Origin: an uncultured bacterium
Lineage (GTDB): Bacteria > Oederibacteriota > JAAXVQ01 > JAUVAV01
Assembly (NCBI GenBank): GCA_963710755.1
Contig: CAVQBK010000013.1
Location: 288,001-352,000 of the forward strand
DNA: 64,000 nucleotides
Direction of reading: 5' to 3'
Shown here: one piece after another, positions 51,201 through 59,766 of the stretch
How the letters are laid out: the number at the start of each line of letters is the position of its first letter
How positions within the stretch are numbered: the first letter of the stretch is position 1
Program-made: the position numbers and the translations under genes
Notes under the pieces: generated by a model
The model's input: only the letters and a program-made list of their open reading frames with translations
What the model was told of the DNA's origin: nothing
The model's database searches: none

Positions 51201-51550
51201 CGGGCCCATTGATAGGCCAGTATCAGCAGCACCATCAGTCCCGTTTCTTTACTGATCCAGTTGACGCCTGCGGCAGTGTTGGCAGCTGCTGCCGTGGCCA
51301 ACAGGCCGGCCGTTACAAAGGCCAAGAAGGGCCAAAAAAGTGGAAAAGCCGGCTGCACTATTTCACCGCCGGACTTACTTAAAAGAGCCCACAGGCCCAG
51401 CGCCCAGATAAAAAAAAGAAAGACCGCCTGCAGCAGGCCTTCAAAAGAAGGGGATAAAAAAAGCAAGAGGCTTAGCAGGAACGCCAGCAGAACAAAGCGA
51501 TACGGCATAAGCGTGTCCTGTAAAAACTGTTCAAGCCTTTGACCGGTCAT
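48209..51550 (-). CDS. Tandem double O-antigen-ligase (Wzy_C/WaaL/PglL-like) protein with C-terminal TPRs
   Basis: Two motif sets: YPNLFGGFL..GRVAYW..LLGVGPGNF..AHQFLLQ and NPNLTAAFL..ERL..WLGIGPAQF..SHQELLQ; TPRs at the end; start chosen just after the aroQ stop. Confidence 0.85.
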   Translation of the reverse strand: MTGQRLEQFLQDTLMPYRFVLLAFLLSLLLFLSPSFEGLLQAVFLFFIWALGLWALLSKSGGEIVQPAFPLFWPFLAFVTAGLLATAAAANTAAGVNWISKETGLMVLLILAYQWARDSRIVLTGLKLLIIAAGLLAAYGLFQSLVGLPWTAQDLNHPPFNQQPMTEMIKSLALTRRAFSLFAYPNLFGGFLAVLLPLNLALFYPGLVNKKWPWMLTLVFIVLGLLASGSFGAWAAAFLGVGLLLVWLPLKRRLKFFLALLMTAVGLAGLIWLLGQRPFHDLITSWQGRVAYWRMTLAMVKGHWLLGVGPGNFSQAFAQAAGDKVQPLRFAHQFLLQQLAEKGVLGLGAILWILGAAGTYLVNLRLKLSEGPAAIVVAAVGAGLAAGLVHASIDLDADYLKTSLMLWFFGGVLLSQAEQLARQPDGFEAGLKFTLPPRLLIGVMMMTMLSLLLWKGGKSLWVEAGVIMLSLGLAALLLGLYRQHREVALQLWHKMPLKTGWGLLLLWTLFSVAHAQDKWQAATTLWVVLGGLLTMGLTIQFKVLGVLVMRFLTLAPVVLAAFCIIQLLIHPLLRADGGWPNPNLTAAFLAAGLIINLSLALTASKKTWRFAKSWLSTLILFSGLIATGSMAGWLNFLTGMIVIGAWAAKQKVIHNKTIVAALLVAMALMLVIPLGTGKRILGLPHYRVQLQERLGLMQATGKMIKAHPWLGIGPAQFNQTFDRYSFPNPQGQVRYGRQANFSHQELLQVAAVLGLPGLIIIMFLLVMFVRRFFNQWQQDKSDGEQLQLMLVWAVLGGALIQAQMDFNWHLPLLFFIYMMLAGMVWTQREETVFPAVAIKPSAAGLLGVLILAMTIGAAVRPALGAYFTHLGDAHYYKKHLKTAGFYLEQALSLTPLSALAYDKLGLVRHDLYAIRRDEKLFYPAQWAFSKALAFNPGRAATYRHLGRLYWQRGGQDGEEQWFEAGLAAYSRAAGLDPHNAVLFFEWGNLWRDAGHLQQAKAAWLKALALQPYYAAAASNLGVACELLHQDQQAEQAYRQALGALRYRDKLQGKLALEFFSMDWAVVYYNLAALLERQGRFQEAKKEYQAALVLEPQNSMARDGLERLSMGAKR

Positions 51551-51554
51551 GAAT

Positions 51555-51992
51555 TTACTTGGCAAGGAGTGTTTGGGCGGCTCGCAGGGCCAAAGTGTAG
51601 GAGGCAAGTCCGAATCCCATGATTCGGCCAACTACTGCGCCGGCAATGGTGGAATGATGCCGGAAAGCCTCGCGGCTGTAGACATTGGAAAGATGAACTT
51701 CAATGGTGGGCAACCCCACGGCTTTAATAGCGTCAAGAATAGCCACTGAGGTATGGGTGTAGGCCGCGGGATTAATGATCAGCACATCAGCCCAGGGCCG
51801 GGCTTGTTGAATGGCATCCACCATGGCGCCTTCATGGTTGGTCTGCATGATTTTAACTTCCAAGTGGAGCTCCGCAGCCAGGGTATTGATGGCTTGGTCA
51901 ATCTCCTGCAGGCTGAGCTGACCGTAAATAGCCGGTTCCCGTTGGCCCAAGAGATTTAAGTTTGGCCCATGAATGATAAGAATATTACCCAA
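51555..51992 (-). CDS. aroQ: Type II 3-dehydroquinate dehydratase
   Basis: HGPNLNLLGQREPAIYG, INPAAYTHTS, IEVHLSN. Confidence 0.98.
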   Translation of the reverse strand: MGNILIIHGPNLNLLGQREPAIYGQLSLQEIDQAINTLAAELHLEVKIMQTNHEGAMVDAIQQARPWADVLIINPAAYTHTSVAILDAIKAVGLPTIEVHLSNVYSREAFRHHSTIAGAVVGRIMGFGLASYTLALRAAQTLLAK

Positions 51993-52059
51993 GTGTCGCC
52001 TCCGCTGAACAGGCAGGAAAGAATGAATGAATTCTCAGACCGGCAATGTCGTCAAAGCC

Positions 52060-53148
52060 TCACCATAAATATTTCATGGGGTTAACGACCCGGCCTTTCT
52101 TGTAGATAGTAAAATGCAAATGCGGACCGGTCACCCGGCCGGTGGCGCCAGAGCGGCCGATAAGCTGACCTTTCCGGACATGCTGGCCTCGTTTCACATA
52201 GATTTTATTAAGATGGCCATAAACCGATTGGTAGCCATTTTGATGATCAATTTTTATGTACTTGCCGACTGCACCGCCCCAACCGGCATAGATTACCACC
52301 CCGGAAGCAGACGCGCCCACCCAGGTATTAAGGGGACAGGCAATGTCAACACCGTTATGAAATTTGGAAAAACCGGTGACCGGATGAATCCGTTTGCCCA
52401 CAAAAGAAGTATAGCGACCTGCCAGGGGCGAACGAAAGAGTGCCCGCTGGCTGTATTGATCATGCATTTCTTCAGTAAGCTGTCGCGGTTTGGCGCCGGG
52501 CACAAACAGCCACATGCCGGGAATAATACCCCAGCGGGGATTAATAACATTGGCTTTTAAAATCACATCAGAGGTCACCCCATAATCAAGGGCAATGGTA
52601 TTAACTGTTTCATGTTCTTCGACCTGATGTAAGGAACCCCCCTGGGAAGGTAAAATGATTTTTTGATTAACATAACAAATGATTTTTTCCAGATGGGGAT
52701 TGGTACCTACAATGGAATCAATGGTGAACCCATGGGATTTGGCCATCTTCCAGAAATTGTCCCCTCTTTTAACCGTATAAATTTGGTATTGAACTTCATC
52801 ATGATTGACAAAACGGAAATATTCCTGAGCCAACTCCTGAATAGGCAGGGACTCGGAGGCATCGGCGGTGGGAACAGTGGCTTCCAGGCGATCCAGGAAA
52901 TGCATCAGATCAGGAATCAGGTTAAAGCCGTTCCCTGAGAAAGCCTGCAATCGTTCAGGCGCAAAGTAAGTGGAGTTAACATTTATCGCTTGCGCAGGTG
53001 CCGGCGGCTTCACCAAAACAGCGGGTAATCCCGGGGATTGGGCGACCACCAACACCACGGCGCCGATGGCAAATCCCACTGCCAAAACCAACCCTAAAAT
53101 ATGTTTGAACGACCATTGCCGGGGAGTAAGAAGAGTAGTAATTCGCAT
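52060..53148 (-). CDS. LysM-containing M23 peptidase
   Basis: Two LysM-like units (YTVKRGDN, HQVEEHETV); HNGVD, YGHL, TGPHLHF. Confidence 0.93.
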   Translation of the reverse strand: MRITTLLTPRQWSFKHILGLVLAVGFAIGAVVLVVAQSPGLPAVLVKPPAPAQAINVNSTYFAPERLQAFSGNGFNLIPDLMHFLDRLEATVPTADASESLPIQELAQEYFRFVNHDEVQYQIYTVKRGDNFWKMAKSHGFTIDSIVGTNPHLEKIICYVNQKIILPSQGGSLHQVEEHETVNTIALDYGVTSDVILKANVINPRWGIIPGMWLFVPGAKPRQLTEEMHDQYSQRALFRSPLAGRYTSFVGKRIHPVTGFSKFHNGVDIACPLNTWVGASASGVVIYAGWGGAVGKYIKIDHQNGYQSVYGHLNKIYVKRGQHVRKGQLIGRSGATGRVTGPHLHFTIYKKGRVVNPMKYLW

Positions 53149-53255
53149 AACCGCTTTTCGCGACGCTCCTTTTAACGAAATGAAGTTTCCTGCATACGGC
53201 TTGGGTAATTATCGACACTATACCAAACCTTCTATATAGATAAAAGGGAATTTTA

Positions 53256-54974
53256 CTATTTTAGGACGGCCAGTTTTCCGGTTTTAACTTCGTGCCCGGA
53301 TCTAAGCACATAAAGATAGATTCCCGATGCCACCTCTGCTCCCTGGTTATTGGTTAATGGCCAGGTGACCTGGGTTTGAGCTGTTCCTGTTCTCAGAGAA
53401 GTCACACGTTGCCCCGATAACGTGTATAGATCTATTGTTGTTGCCTGAGGCAGCTTGGAAAAGGTTAGGCTTTGGCGCTGACCGCTATCCATCCGCAGCG
53501 GATTGGGATAAACCACCACTGCGTCCAAAGCTTTGGGAGTACTGATGGTCATGGTGATGGTCGCTGTAGGCGAGATGGTGGGACTGACCGTGATGGTCGG
53601 TGACACGGTGGCCGTAGGGCTGATGGTAAAACTTGGTGTAATCGTCGCCGTGGGGGTGATGGTAGATGTAGGCGTCACCGTGGGTGTCACGGTGGAGGTA
53701 TAGACCGGACTATGGGTGAACGTAGGCGTAATACTAGCCGAAGGGGTCAGCGTGGCGGAAATGGTGGGCGTCAACGTCACGGTGGACGTACCCGACGGTG
53801 TTGCCGTAGGCGTGATGCTGGGCGTGCCGGTGACAGTGGCCGAGACCGTCACGGTCGGTGTGGCGGTTGGCGTGAATGTCATGGTGGCCGTCACGGTGGG
53901 CGTATCGTCTTTCCAAATAATTTCATAGACAGTGCTTCCCGATGAAGCCAGCAGCGATGGGTTGCTGGTTCTGAACTGGCCCAAGGTTAAAGCACCAACA
54001 GCAACCGCGTCCGGCTGCCCGATGGCTTGAGTTTGCCAGTCCGTGCCGGTCCAGCAATATTCCCAGATTTCACCATTATCAAAACCAGCATAAAGACGCA
54101 TGAGACCATCACTGCGGACCTGGCCCATGGTTAAGGCCAGGCAATAATTATTGGAGCCACCTGGGCCGCCGATGTCGCTCTGCTGCCACGAGCCTCCTTG
54201 CCGGCAAAATTCAAAAACCCGGCCTGTGTCTTCGCCGGCATACACATTATTTAAACTGTCCCCAGCCCTGCCCGGTCCCACCTCGACTACATTCAAATCA
54301 TCACTGGTGCTGGTGCCGATCTGGGCAGAAGACCATCCGCTGTTCCAGGTCATTTCATAGAGTCGGTTATTCAAATTGGCACCATATACTCTGGTGATGC
54401 CGTCATTACGGCCCTGGCCGATGGTCACATCGTAATAATCATTATTTTCACTATCAATGTCATGGGTATCATAGCCTGTGCCATTCCAACTGTATTCCAC
54501 GATGCGGTTGTTGCTGTTGGCGCCATAAATATAGGTTTGGCTATCGCCGTTGCGGCCCTGGCCCGCGGCGGCATGGTAAAATGTATTGCCCCCATCGGGC
54601 ATTTTGGTTTGTTCCCAAATGCCGCTGTTGTAAAAATATTCATAGAAAACACCGGTGCTATCGGCAGCATAAAGGTAGGTCTTACCATCATGGCGGCCCG
54701 ATCCAACCGCCACGGTTAGTAAAGGATTGGGCTCGGCCGTGCCTATGGAGCCGCCGGCCCAGCTGCTCCCAGTCCAATGAAATTCATAAAGATAACCATC
54801 GGTACAGGAAATATAAAGATAGACAGTGGAGCTGCCGTTGCGCCCGGCAGCCGTCAGTACATCGGTATAGGTGTTACTCCCTGAATCTACGGTAATGATT
54901 TGCCAGGCTGCGTGAAGTGGGCTGAAAGTTAACAAGACTAACAATAGGGTAACCCCTGCAGATCTCCACTGCAT
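53256..54974 (-). CDS. Secreted beta-propeller protein with Thr/Pro stalk and T9SS-like C-terminal domain
   Basis: Signal peptide; ~7 repeats G.GR.D....Y......YE..W; TPT repeats; VVYPNP..LYTLSGQRV..VASGIYLY..GKLAVLK. Confidence 0.85.
   Translation of the reverse strand: MQWRSAGVTLLLVLLTFSPLHAAWQIITVDSGSNTYTDVLTAAGRNGSSTVYLYISCTDGYLYEFHWTGSSWAGGSIGTAEPNPLLTVAVGSGRHDGKTYLYAADSTGVFYEYFYNSGIWEQTKMPDGGNTFYHAAAGQGRNGDSQTYIYGANSNNRIVEYSWNGTGYDTHDIDSENNDYYDVTIGQGRNDGITRVYGANLNNRLYEMTWNSGWSSAQIGTSTSDDLNVVEVGPGRAGDSLNNVYAGEDTGRVFEFCRQGGSWQQSDIGGPGGSNNYCLALTMGQVRSDGLMRLYAGFDNGEIWEYCWTGTDWQTQAIGQPDAVAVGALTLGQFRTSNPSLLASSGSTVYEIIWKDDTPTVTATMTFTPTATPTVTVSATVTGTPSITPTATPSGTSTVTLTPTISATLTPSASITPTFTHSPVYTSTVTPTVTPTSTITPTATITPSFTISPTATVSPTITVSPTISPTATITMTISTPKALDAVVVYPNPLRMDSGQRQSLTFSKLPQATTIDLYTLSGQRVTSLRTGTAQTQVTWPLTNNQGAEVASGIYLYVLRSGHEVKTGKLAVLK
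53535..53905 (-). repeat. Coding low-complexity repeat encoding a Thr/Pro linker (~6-aa period)
   Basis: TPTVTATMTFTPTATPTVT...SPTITVSPTISPTATIT. Confidence 0.9.
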
Positions 54975-55175
54975 TAAATCCTCCCTTTACATTTCACTAC
55001 TATTTAAAGTATACCAAAAAACCTGACATAACCAAATTTTGTACGTTTTTTTATATTTTTGTTTTCAAACGAAAAGTTCAGGGACAGGGGTGCGGTTGAG
55101 ATGAAATGCTTATAAAATAGGATAAAAGTAAGATTGGGCAGAAGCGTGGGGGTACTTGCCTGAATAGTTACATAC

Positions 55176-55952
55176 TCACAGGGTGAATTTTTCGCCCAAA
55201 TAGATTTCCCTGGCTTTCTTGCTGTTGGCCAATTTGGCAGCTGTGCCGGCAAGCAAAATCTGGCCTTCATAGAGGATATAGGCCCGGTCGGTAATGGACA
55301 AAGTCTCGCGCACATTATGATCGGTAATCATAATACCAATGCCGCGGCTTTTTAATTGACGCATAATGTTTTGAATGTCGAGTACAGCAATGGGATCAAC
55401 CCCAACAAAGGGTTCGTCAAGCAAGATGAAAGCCGGATCGATTACCAAGGCCCGGGTAATTTCCAGCCGTCGCCGCTCCCCTCCGGACAAGGTATAGGCT
55501 TTCTGCTTCCTTAAGTGGCTGATGCTGAGCTCATCCAGCAACTGGGTCAAACGCTCAGCCTGTTCTTGTTTGGAAAGGGGCAAGGTTTCCAAAATAGCCA
55601 TCAGGTTTTCTTCCACCGTGAGCTTGCGAAACACCGAACTTTCCTGGGATAAATAGGCAATGCCCAGGCGCGCTCGTTTGTACATGGGCAGGCTGGTAAT
55701 GTCCGTTTTTTTACCCTCTGTATCGGCCAAATAAATATGGCCGCTGTCCGCCTTGATCAATCCCACTACCATGTAAAAAGTGGTGGTCTTACCGGCCCCG
55801 TTGGGGCCGAGCAACCCCACGATTTCACCACGCTTCACATCCACATTGACTTTGTTGACCACCCGTTTATTATGGTAAACCTTGATCAGGTCTTCACTGC
55901 CCAATTGAAAAGCGCCGGCCGTGACGGGCTTTAGCGTCTTTTGTGAATCCAT
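55176..55952 (-). CDS. lptB: LPS export ABC transporter ATP-binding protein
   Basis: [49 protein letters not shown]. Confidence 0.97.
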   Translation of the reverse strand: MDSQKTLKPVTAGAFQLGSEDLIKVYHNKRVVNKVNVDVKRGEIVGLLGPNGAGKTTTFYMVVGLIKADSGHIYLADTEGKKTDITSLPMYKRARLGIAYLSQESSVFRKLTVEENLMAILETLPLSKQEQAERLTQLLDELSISHLRKQKAYTLSGGERRRLEITRALVIDPAFILLDEPFVGVDPIAVLDIQNIMRQLKSRGIGIMITDHNVRETLSITDRAYILYEGQILLAGTAAKLANSKKAREIYLGEKFTL

Positions 55953-56747
55953 TTATTTAAGTCCTTTCTCCTTGTCCTCACGGTTGGGATTCACCAGGGC
56001 CTGAGCTTTGCCGGTTACAATATAGGTGTTGTCGTTCATGAGCAGGGTAATTTGTTGGCCCGAGATCCGGTCGCCTTCATTAATAACCAAGGGCTGCTCC
56101 AGAACCTTTTGGGGATCGGCTTTCAGTACGATTTTTTTCTCCTGGTCGGAAAAGGTCATGATCCCCGCCGTAGCGGTAACCGCTTTGTAATGCACCACCA
56201 CCTGGCCTTGCGCGCGGCCATTGCCGGAATTAGGCTGCCAGTCCAACTGGTCACTGCTGAGCTTCATCGCGTTACCGGCATCATCCTTGGTGGCCAGATG
56301 CACATCCTGTCTGGCGGTCACATGGGATAAATCATGCTGGTAATCCAGCTCACGGGCCTTGATCACGGCATCCTGGATGCGGTCTACCAGTTGCACACCA
56401 TCTTTAGCCAGCGCCTGTCCGCTGCTGGAGCTAACTTTGAGATAAGGGGCCTTTAATTCCAGTCCTTCCTGTTTCACATGAACGTGGCCTTGAAAAATCG
56501 TAATTTCTCCGTCATTAAGATAGGTCATTTTATCGGAAGTGATGGCCACCGGCTGATCTTCCCGCCATCCGGGTGTTAATTTAGGTCCCATGGCAATGGC
56601 TGTTTTGGCGGCTACAGTTTGTTTCTCGATCACCACTTCCGACGTTGGACCAAGGTGAATCGTACGGGCACCGCTGCAAGCACTCATCACCACGGCACCG
56701 GCCAATAACCAGCCCAACCACTTATAGTTATTTGTCCTGTTGCTCAT
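55953..56747 (-). CDS. lptA: LptA/OstA-family protein
   Basis: AITSDKM..IFQGHVHVKQ jellyroll repeats; between lptC and lptB. Confidence 0.8.
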   Translation of the reverse strand: MSNRTNNYKWLGWLLAGAVVMSACSGARTIHLGPTSEVVIEKQTVAAKTAIAMGPKLTPGWREDQPVAITSDKMTYLNDGEITIFQGHVHVKQEGLELKAPYLKVSSSSGQALAKDGVQLVDRIQDAVIKARELDYQHDLSHVTARQDVHLATKDDAGNAMKLSSDQLDWQPNSGNGRAQGQVVVHYKAVTATAGIMTFSDQEKKIVLKADPQKVLEQPLVINEGDRISGQQITLLMNDNTYIVTGKAQALVNPNREDKEKGLK

Positions 56748-57327
56748 TCGGCTTTAATCCTTTGAGGGATTTCAATTTAATGTGCACCTTGGCGAGGATT
56801 TCCAGATGTTTTAACTCACTGTCTGCTTCCAGACCAATGCCCGTTAAAACACTGTCCTGACGTTCCACCCGTACCGGCTGATCCGTATAAATGCGGTCTT
56901 TGCTCTGATCCCAATCGAGTTTTTCGGTCGTCAACACCACCCCGTCACTGGACACCATCTTAACTTGGTCCACAGCCTGCATGTGGTTGGTCTTGGTATT
57001 GAGCAGTCCTTTTTTAGCTGTCAAGGTCGACTGAACCTTACCGGCCTTCAAATAAATCATTTCAATGTCTTGAGCTTTGGCCAGGTTGATTTTTTCATAT
57101 ATTTGCGCTGCCCGAGCCCTGAAAATCCAACGTTGCTGAGTGCCCTTGGACGAGACCATTTTAAAGCCTTCAAACAAAATAGTTGGATCTTCGTCACTGC
57201 CGGTAATGGGCGCCAATCTGACCGTCGGCGGTTCGGGGGTGCATCCTGGCAGAACGATCAGCAGCCAGACCGCCAGCAGCAACAGCCCCTTTTTTTTTGC
57301 ATCGGACAACCGTGCCATCATGAGCAT
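56728..57327 (-). CDS. lptC: LPS export periplasmic protein LptC
   Basis: LTAKKG, LTTEKLDW, IYTDQPV, LTGIGLEAD; upstream of lptA and lptB. Confidence 0.88.
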   Translation of the reverse strand: MLMMARLSDAKKKGLLLLAVWLLIVLPGCTPEPPTVRLAPITGSDEDPTILFEGFKMVSSKGTQQRWIFRARAAQIYEKINLAKAQDIEMIYLKAGKVQSTLTAKKGLLNTKTNHMQAVDQVKMVSSDGVVLTTEKLDWDQSKDRIYTDQPVRVERQDSVLTGIGLEADSELKHLEILAKVHIKLKSLKGLKPNEQQDK

Positions 57328-57348
57328 ATCCGTTTCCGTTTCTCCGGT

Positions 57349-58248
57349 TCAGGGGCTTTTCGGTGGCTGGTGTTTCCAACGGTCATGAAACCACACCCAT
57401 TGATCAGGAAAGAGCTTAACATATTTTTCCACCACTTGGTTGCAAAGCTTGACCCCTTCTTCCAAATAGCGTGATTCCGTCCAAGCGGCGTCCAGCCTCA
57501 GGGCCGGTTCAATAATGATTTTATGCCTGCCTGAAGGTTGGCGCACAATAAAAATAGGTACCACGGCTGCGTCGCCTTTGCGGGCCAGCCGGAAAATGCC
57601 CACCGGCGTTTTGGCCGGCCGGTTAAAAAAAGGTGCCCACAACGAATCCACAGACGTGTCCTGATCATTGAGCATGCCCAGCAAATGGTTGCTGCGTAGG
57701 GTGCGGATAATATCCTTCGTGATCCCTTTGCGTTTAATGACTTTGACCCCATGGCTTTCCCGGAAGCGGTTGAGCAGGACATCCAGACGTTCATCATACA
57801 AGGCCTGCGCCACGGCTGCCGAAGGCCACCCCTGCGCGTTGGTATAAATCACGAGAATTTCCCAGTTATCCATGTGGGCGGTCAGACAACAGACACCCTT
57901 ATTCCTGGCCAGGGCGGCCTCCATATGCTCGCGGCCTTCCACGGTTTCCACCAGGTTGACGATCGACTTGGTTGAACGGGAGAAAAGACTGAAGAGTTCC
58001 AAGGCGCTGCGGCCAAAGGAGACAAAAACCCGGCGAGTCAGGGCGGCCCGTTCCCGGTCGTCCATATCTGGAAAAGCGATCTTTAAATTCTTTAAAGCCC
58101 GTTGCCGTTCCTTGGGTACCAGGTCATGGAACAAGCCGCCCAAGCCGGCCCCTATGCTCAGCGCCAGGCGGTGCGGACAAAGCCCGGCCAGGAATTTCAA
58201 GCCCAGAATAATCCAATAGAGCACTGTGTTTTTAATTTTTTTCTTCAT
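57349..58248 (-). CDS. Lipid A late acyltransferase (LpxL/HtrB family)
   Basis: AHMDNWE, LNDQD, PFFNRPAKT, PDQWVWFHDRWK. Confidence 0.92.
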   Translation of the reverse strand: MKKKIKNTVLYWIILGLKFLAGLCPHRLALSIGAGLGGLFHDLVPKERQRALKNLKIAFPDMDDRERAALTRRVFVSFGRSALELFSLFSRSTKSIVNLVETVEGREHMEAALARNKGVCCLTAHMDNWEILVIYTNAQGWPSAAVAQALYDERLDVLLNRFRESHGVKVIKRKGITKDIIRTLRSNHLLGMLNDQDTSVDSLWAPFFNRPAKTPVGIFRLARKGDAAVVPIFIVRQPSGRHKIIIEPALRLDAAWTESRYLEEGVKLCNQVVEKYVKLFPDQWVWFHDRWKHQPPKSP

Positions 58249-58786
58249 GCCGTGCCTGAAAAAAATAAACCGCCTCTGCCCAACGCTGCTGGGTTTTCAG
58301 GATCAATTCAATGACTTCCCTCACCGCGCCCTGCCCGCCGGCTTTGGCGGTGATATAATGAGCCGCCTGCCTGACTTCTTCCACGGCATTGGGCACGGCA
58401 ATAGCCAGACCCACCTGTTCCATCACCGGCAGATCCACCAGGTCATCACCAATGTATGCCACCTGATCCGGTGTTAACCGGGACTTTTTCAGGAGCAACG
58501 CCAAAGCGCCCAGCTTTTGCTTTTGGCCCTGGAGCACATAGGTCACTTTGCACTCTTGGGCCCGTTGCCGCAGCAAGGCGCTCTCCCTGGCTGTGACCCA
58601 GGCGGTCTTTAAGCCCACCCGCTGGGCCAGGCCGCAGCCGGCGCCGTCCAGCACGGAAAAGCGCTTGCCTTCCACACCATTGTCGAGCAGATAAACGCCG
58701 CCATCGGTGAGCACACCGTCCACATCATTGACCAGCATCGCAATTTTTTTCAATTTTTTATTCAAAGCCGGACGAGTTAAAAGCAT
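58232..58786 (-). CDS. kdsC: Kdo-8-phosphate phosphatase
   Basis: DVDGVLTDG, YIGDDLVD, GGQGAVRE. Confidence 0.95.
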   Translation of the reverse strand: MLLTRPALNKKLKKIAMLVNDVDGVLTDGGVYLLDNGVEGKRFSVLDGAGCGLAQRVGLKTAWVTARESALLRQRAQECKVTYVLQGQKQKLGALALLLKKSRLTPDQVAYIGDDLVDLPVMEQVGLAIAVPNAVEEVRQAAHYITAKAGGQGAVREVIELILKTQQRWAEAVYFFQARHEEKN

Positions 58787-59766
58787 TACACCACCCCGGC
58801 ATCAAAGAGGTCAAGAAAGTGAACAATCCCAATCAGCCGCTTCAACTGGTCGGTGACGAGCAGCACGAAAATACGGTTGTCCTGCATCACGCGCACCGCC
58901 TTAATGGCCAATTCATCTTCTTTTAAAACAATGGGGTCCTTGGTCATGACGTGACTAATGCTTAGGGTGGTAATGGTTTTTTCTTTTTCCAGAGTGCGCC
59001 GTAAATCACCGTCGGTAAAAATGCCCTTCAGATGACCTTTGGTATCCACCACCCCCACGCAGCCAAACCGCTTCCTGGTCATTTCATAGATGGCACTTTC
59101 CACGCTGGCTTGCTGGGCCACCTTGGGAATGGCCTGGCCTTGATGCATAATATCCTTGATTTTAACCAGCCGCTTGCCCAATTCCCCGCCGGGATGAAGC
59201 CGTGAAAAATCTTCCGGTTTAAATTGACGCACATTCATCAAGGTCACGGCCAGGGCATCACCCAGGGCCAGCATGGCCGTGGTACTGGCGGTCGGTGCGA
59301 GACCATGAGGGCAGGCTTCTTCTTTGACTTTTACATTCAGGACGGCGTCCGCATTTTGCGCCAAGGGACTCTGCCGATTGCCGGTCATGGCCACCAGTTT
59401 GGTGCCCAACCGTTTGAGCGAAGGGATGAGTTTGACAATTTCATCAGTATACCCGGAGTTGGAGATGGCCAGCACTATGTCCTGCGCCATGACCATGCCC
59501 AAATCGCCGTGGATGGCGTCAGCAGCATGCAAGAAAATAGAGGGTGTTCCGGTAGACGCCAAGGTAGCGGCCATTTTTTGACCGATCAGGCCCGATTTGC
59601 CCAGCCCGGTTATCACGACCCGGCCTTGGCATTGGATAATCATTTCCACCACAGCCTCAAAGGCTGAATCCAGTTGCCGGCCCAGGGTTTTAACAGCTTC
59701 GGCTTCGATTTTCAGAACACGCTGGGCATCTTGAATAATGGAGGATAAGGAAGATGGTCTAGCCAT
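58786..59766 (-). CDS. kdsD: Arabinose-5-phosphate isomerase (KpsF/GutQ; SIS + CBS)
   Basis: GLGKSG, STGTP, HGDLG, EACP..LAPTASTT, HPGG.LG, FTDGDLRR. Confidence 0.96.
   Translation of the reverse strand: MARPSSLSSIIQDAQRVLKIEAEAVKTLGRQLDSAFEAVVEMIIQCQGRVVITGLGKSGLIGQKMAATLASTGTPSIFLHAADAIHGDLGMVMAQDIVLAISNSGYTDEIVKLIPSLKRLGTKLVAMTGNRQSPLAQNADAVLNVKVKEEACPHGLAPTASTTAMLALGDALAVTLMNVRQFKPEDFSRLHPGGELGKRLVKIKDIMHQGQAIPKVAQQASVESAIYEMTRKRFGCVGVVDTKGHLKGIFTDGDLRRTLEKEKTITTLSISHVMTKDPIVLKEDELAIKAVRVMQDNRIFVLLVTDQLKRLIGIVHFLDLFDAGVV

Noticed and set aside
53535-53905. Periodic DNA that could suggest a CRISPR or DGR repeat
   Set aside because: It is degenerate coding sequence for a Thr/Pro linker; there are no identical repeats with spacers and no cas or reverse transcriptase genes.
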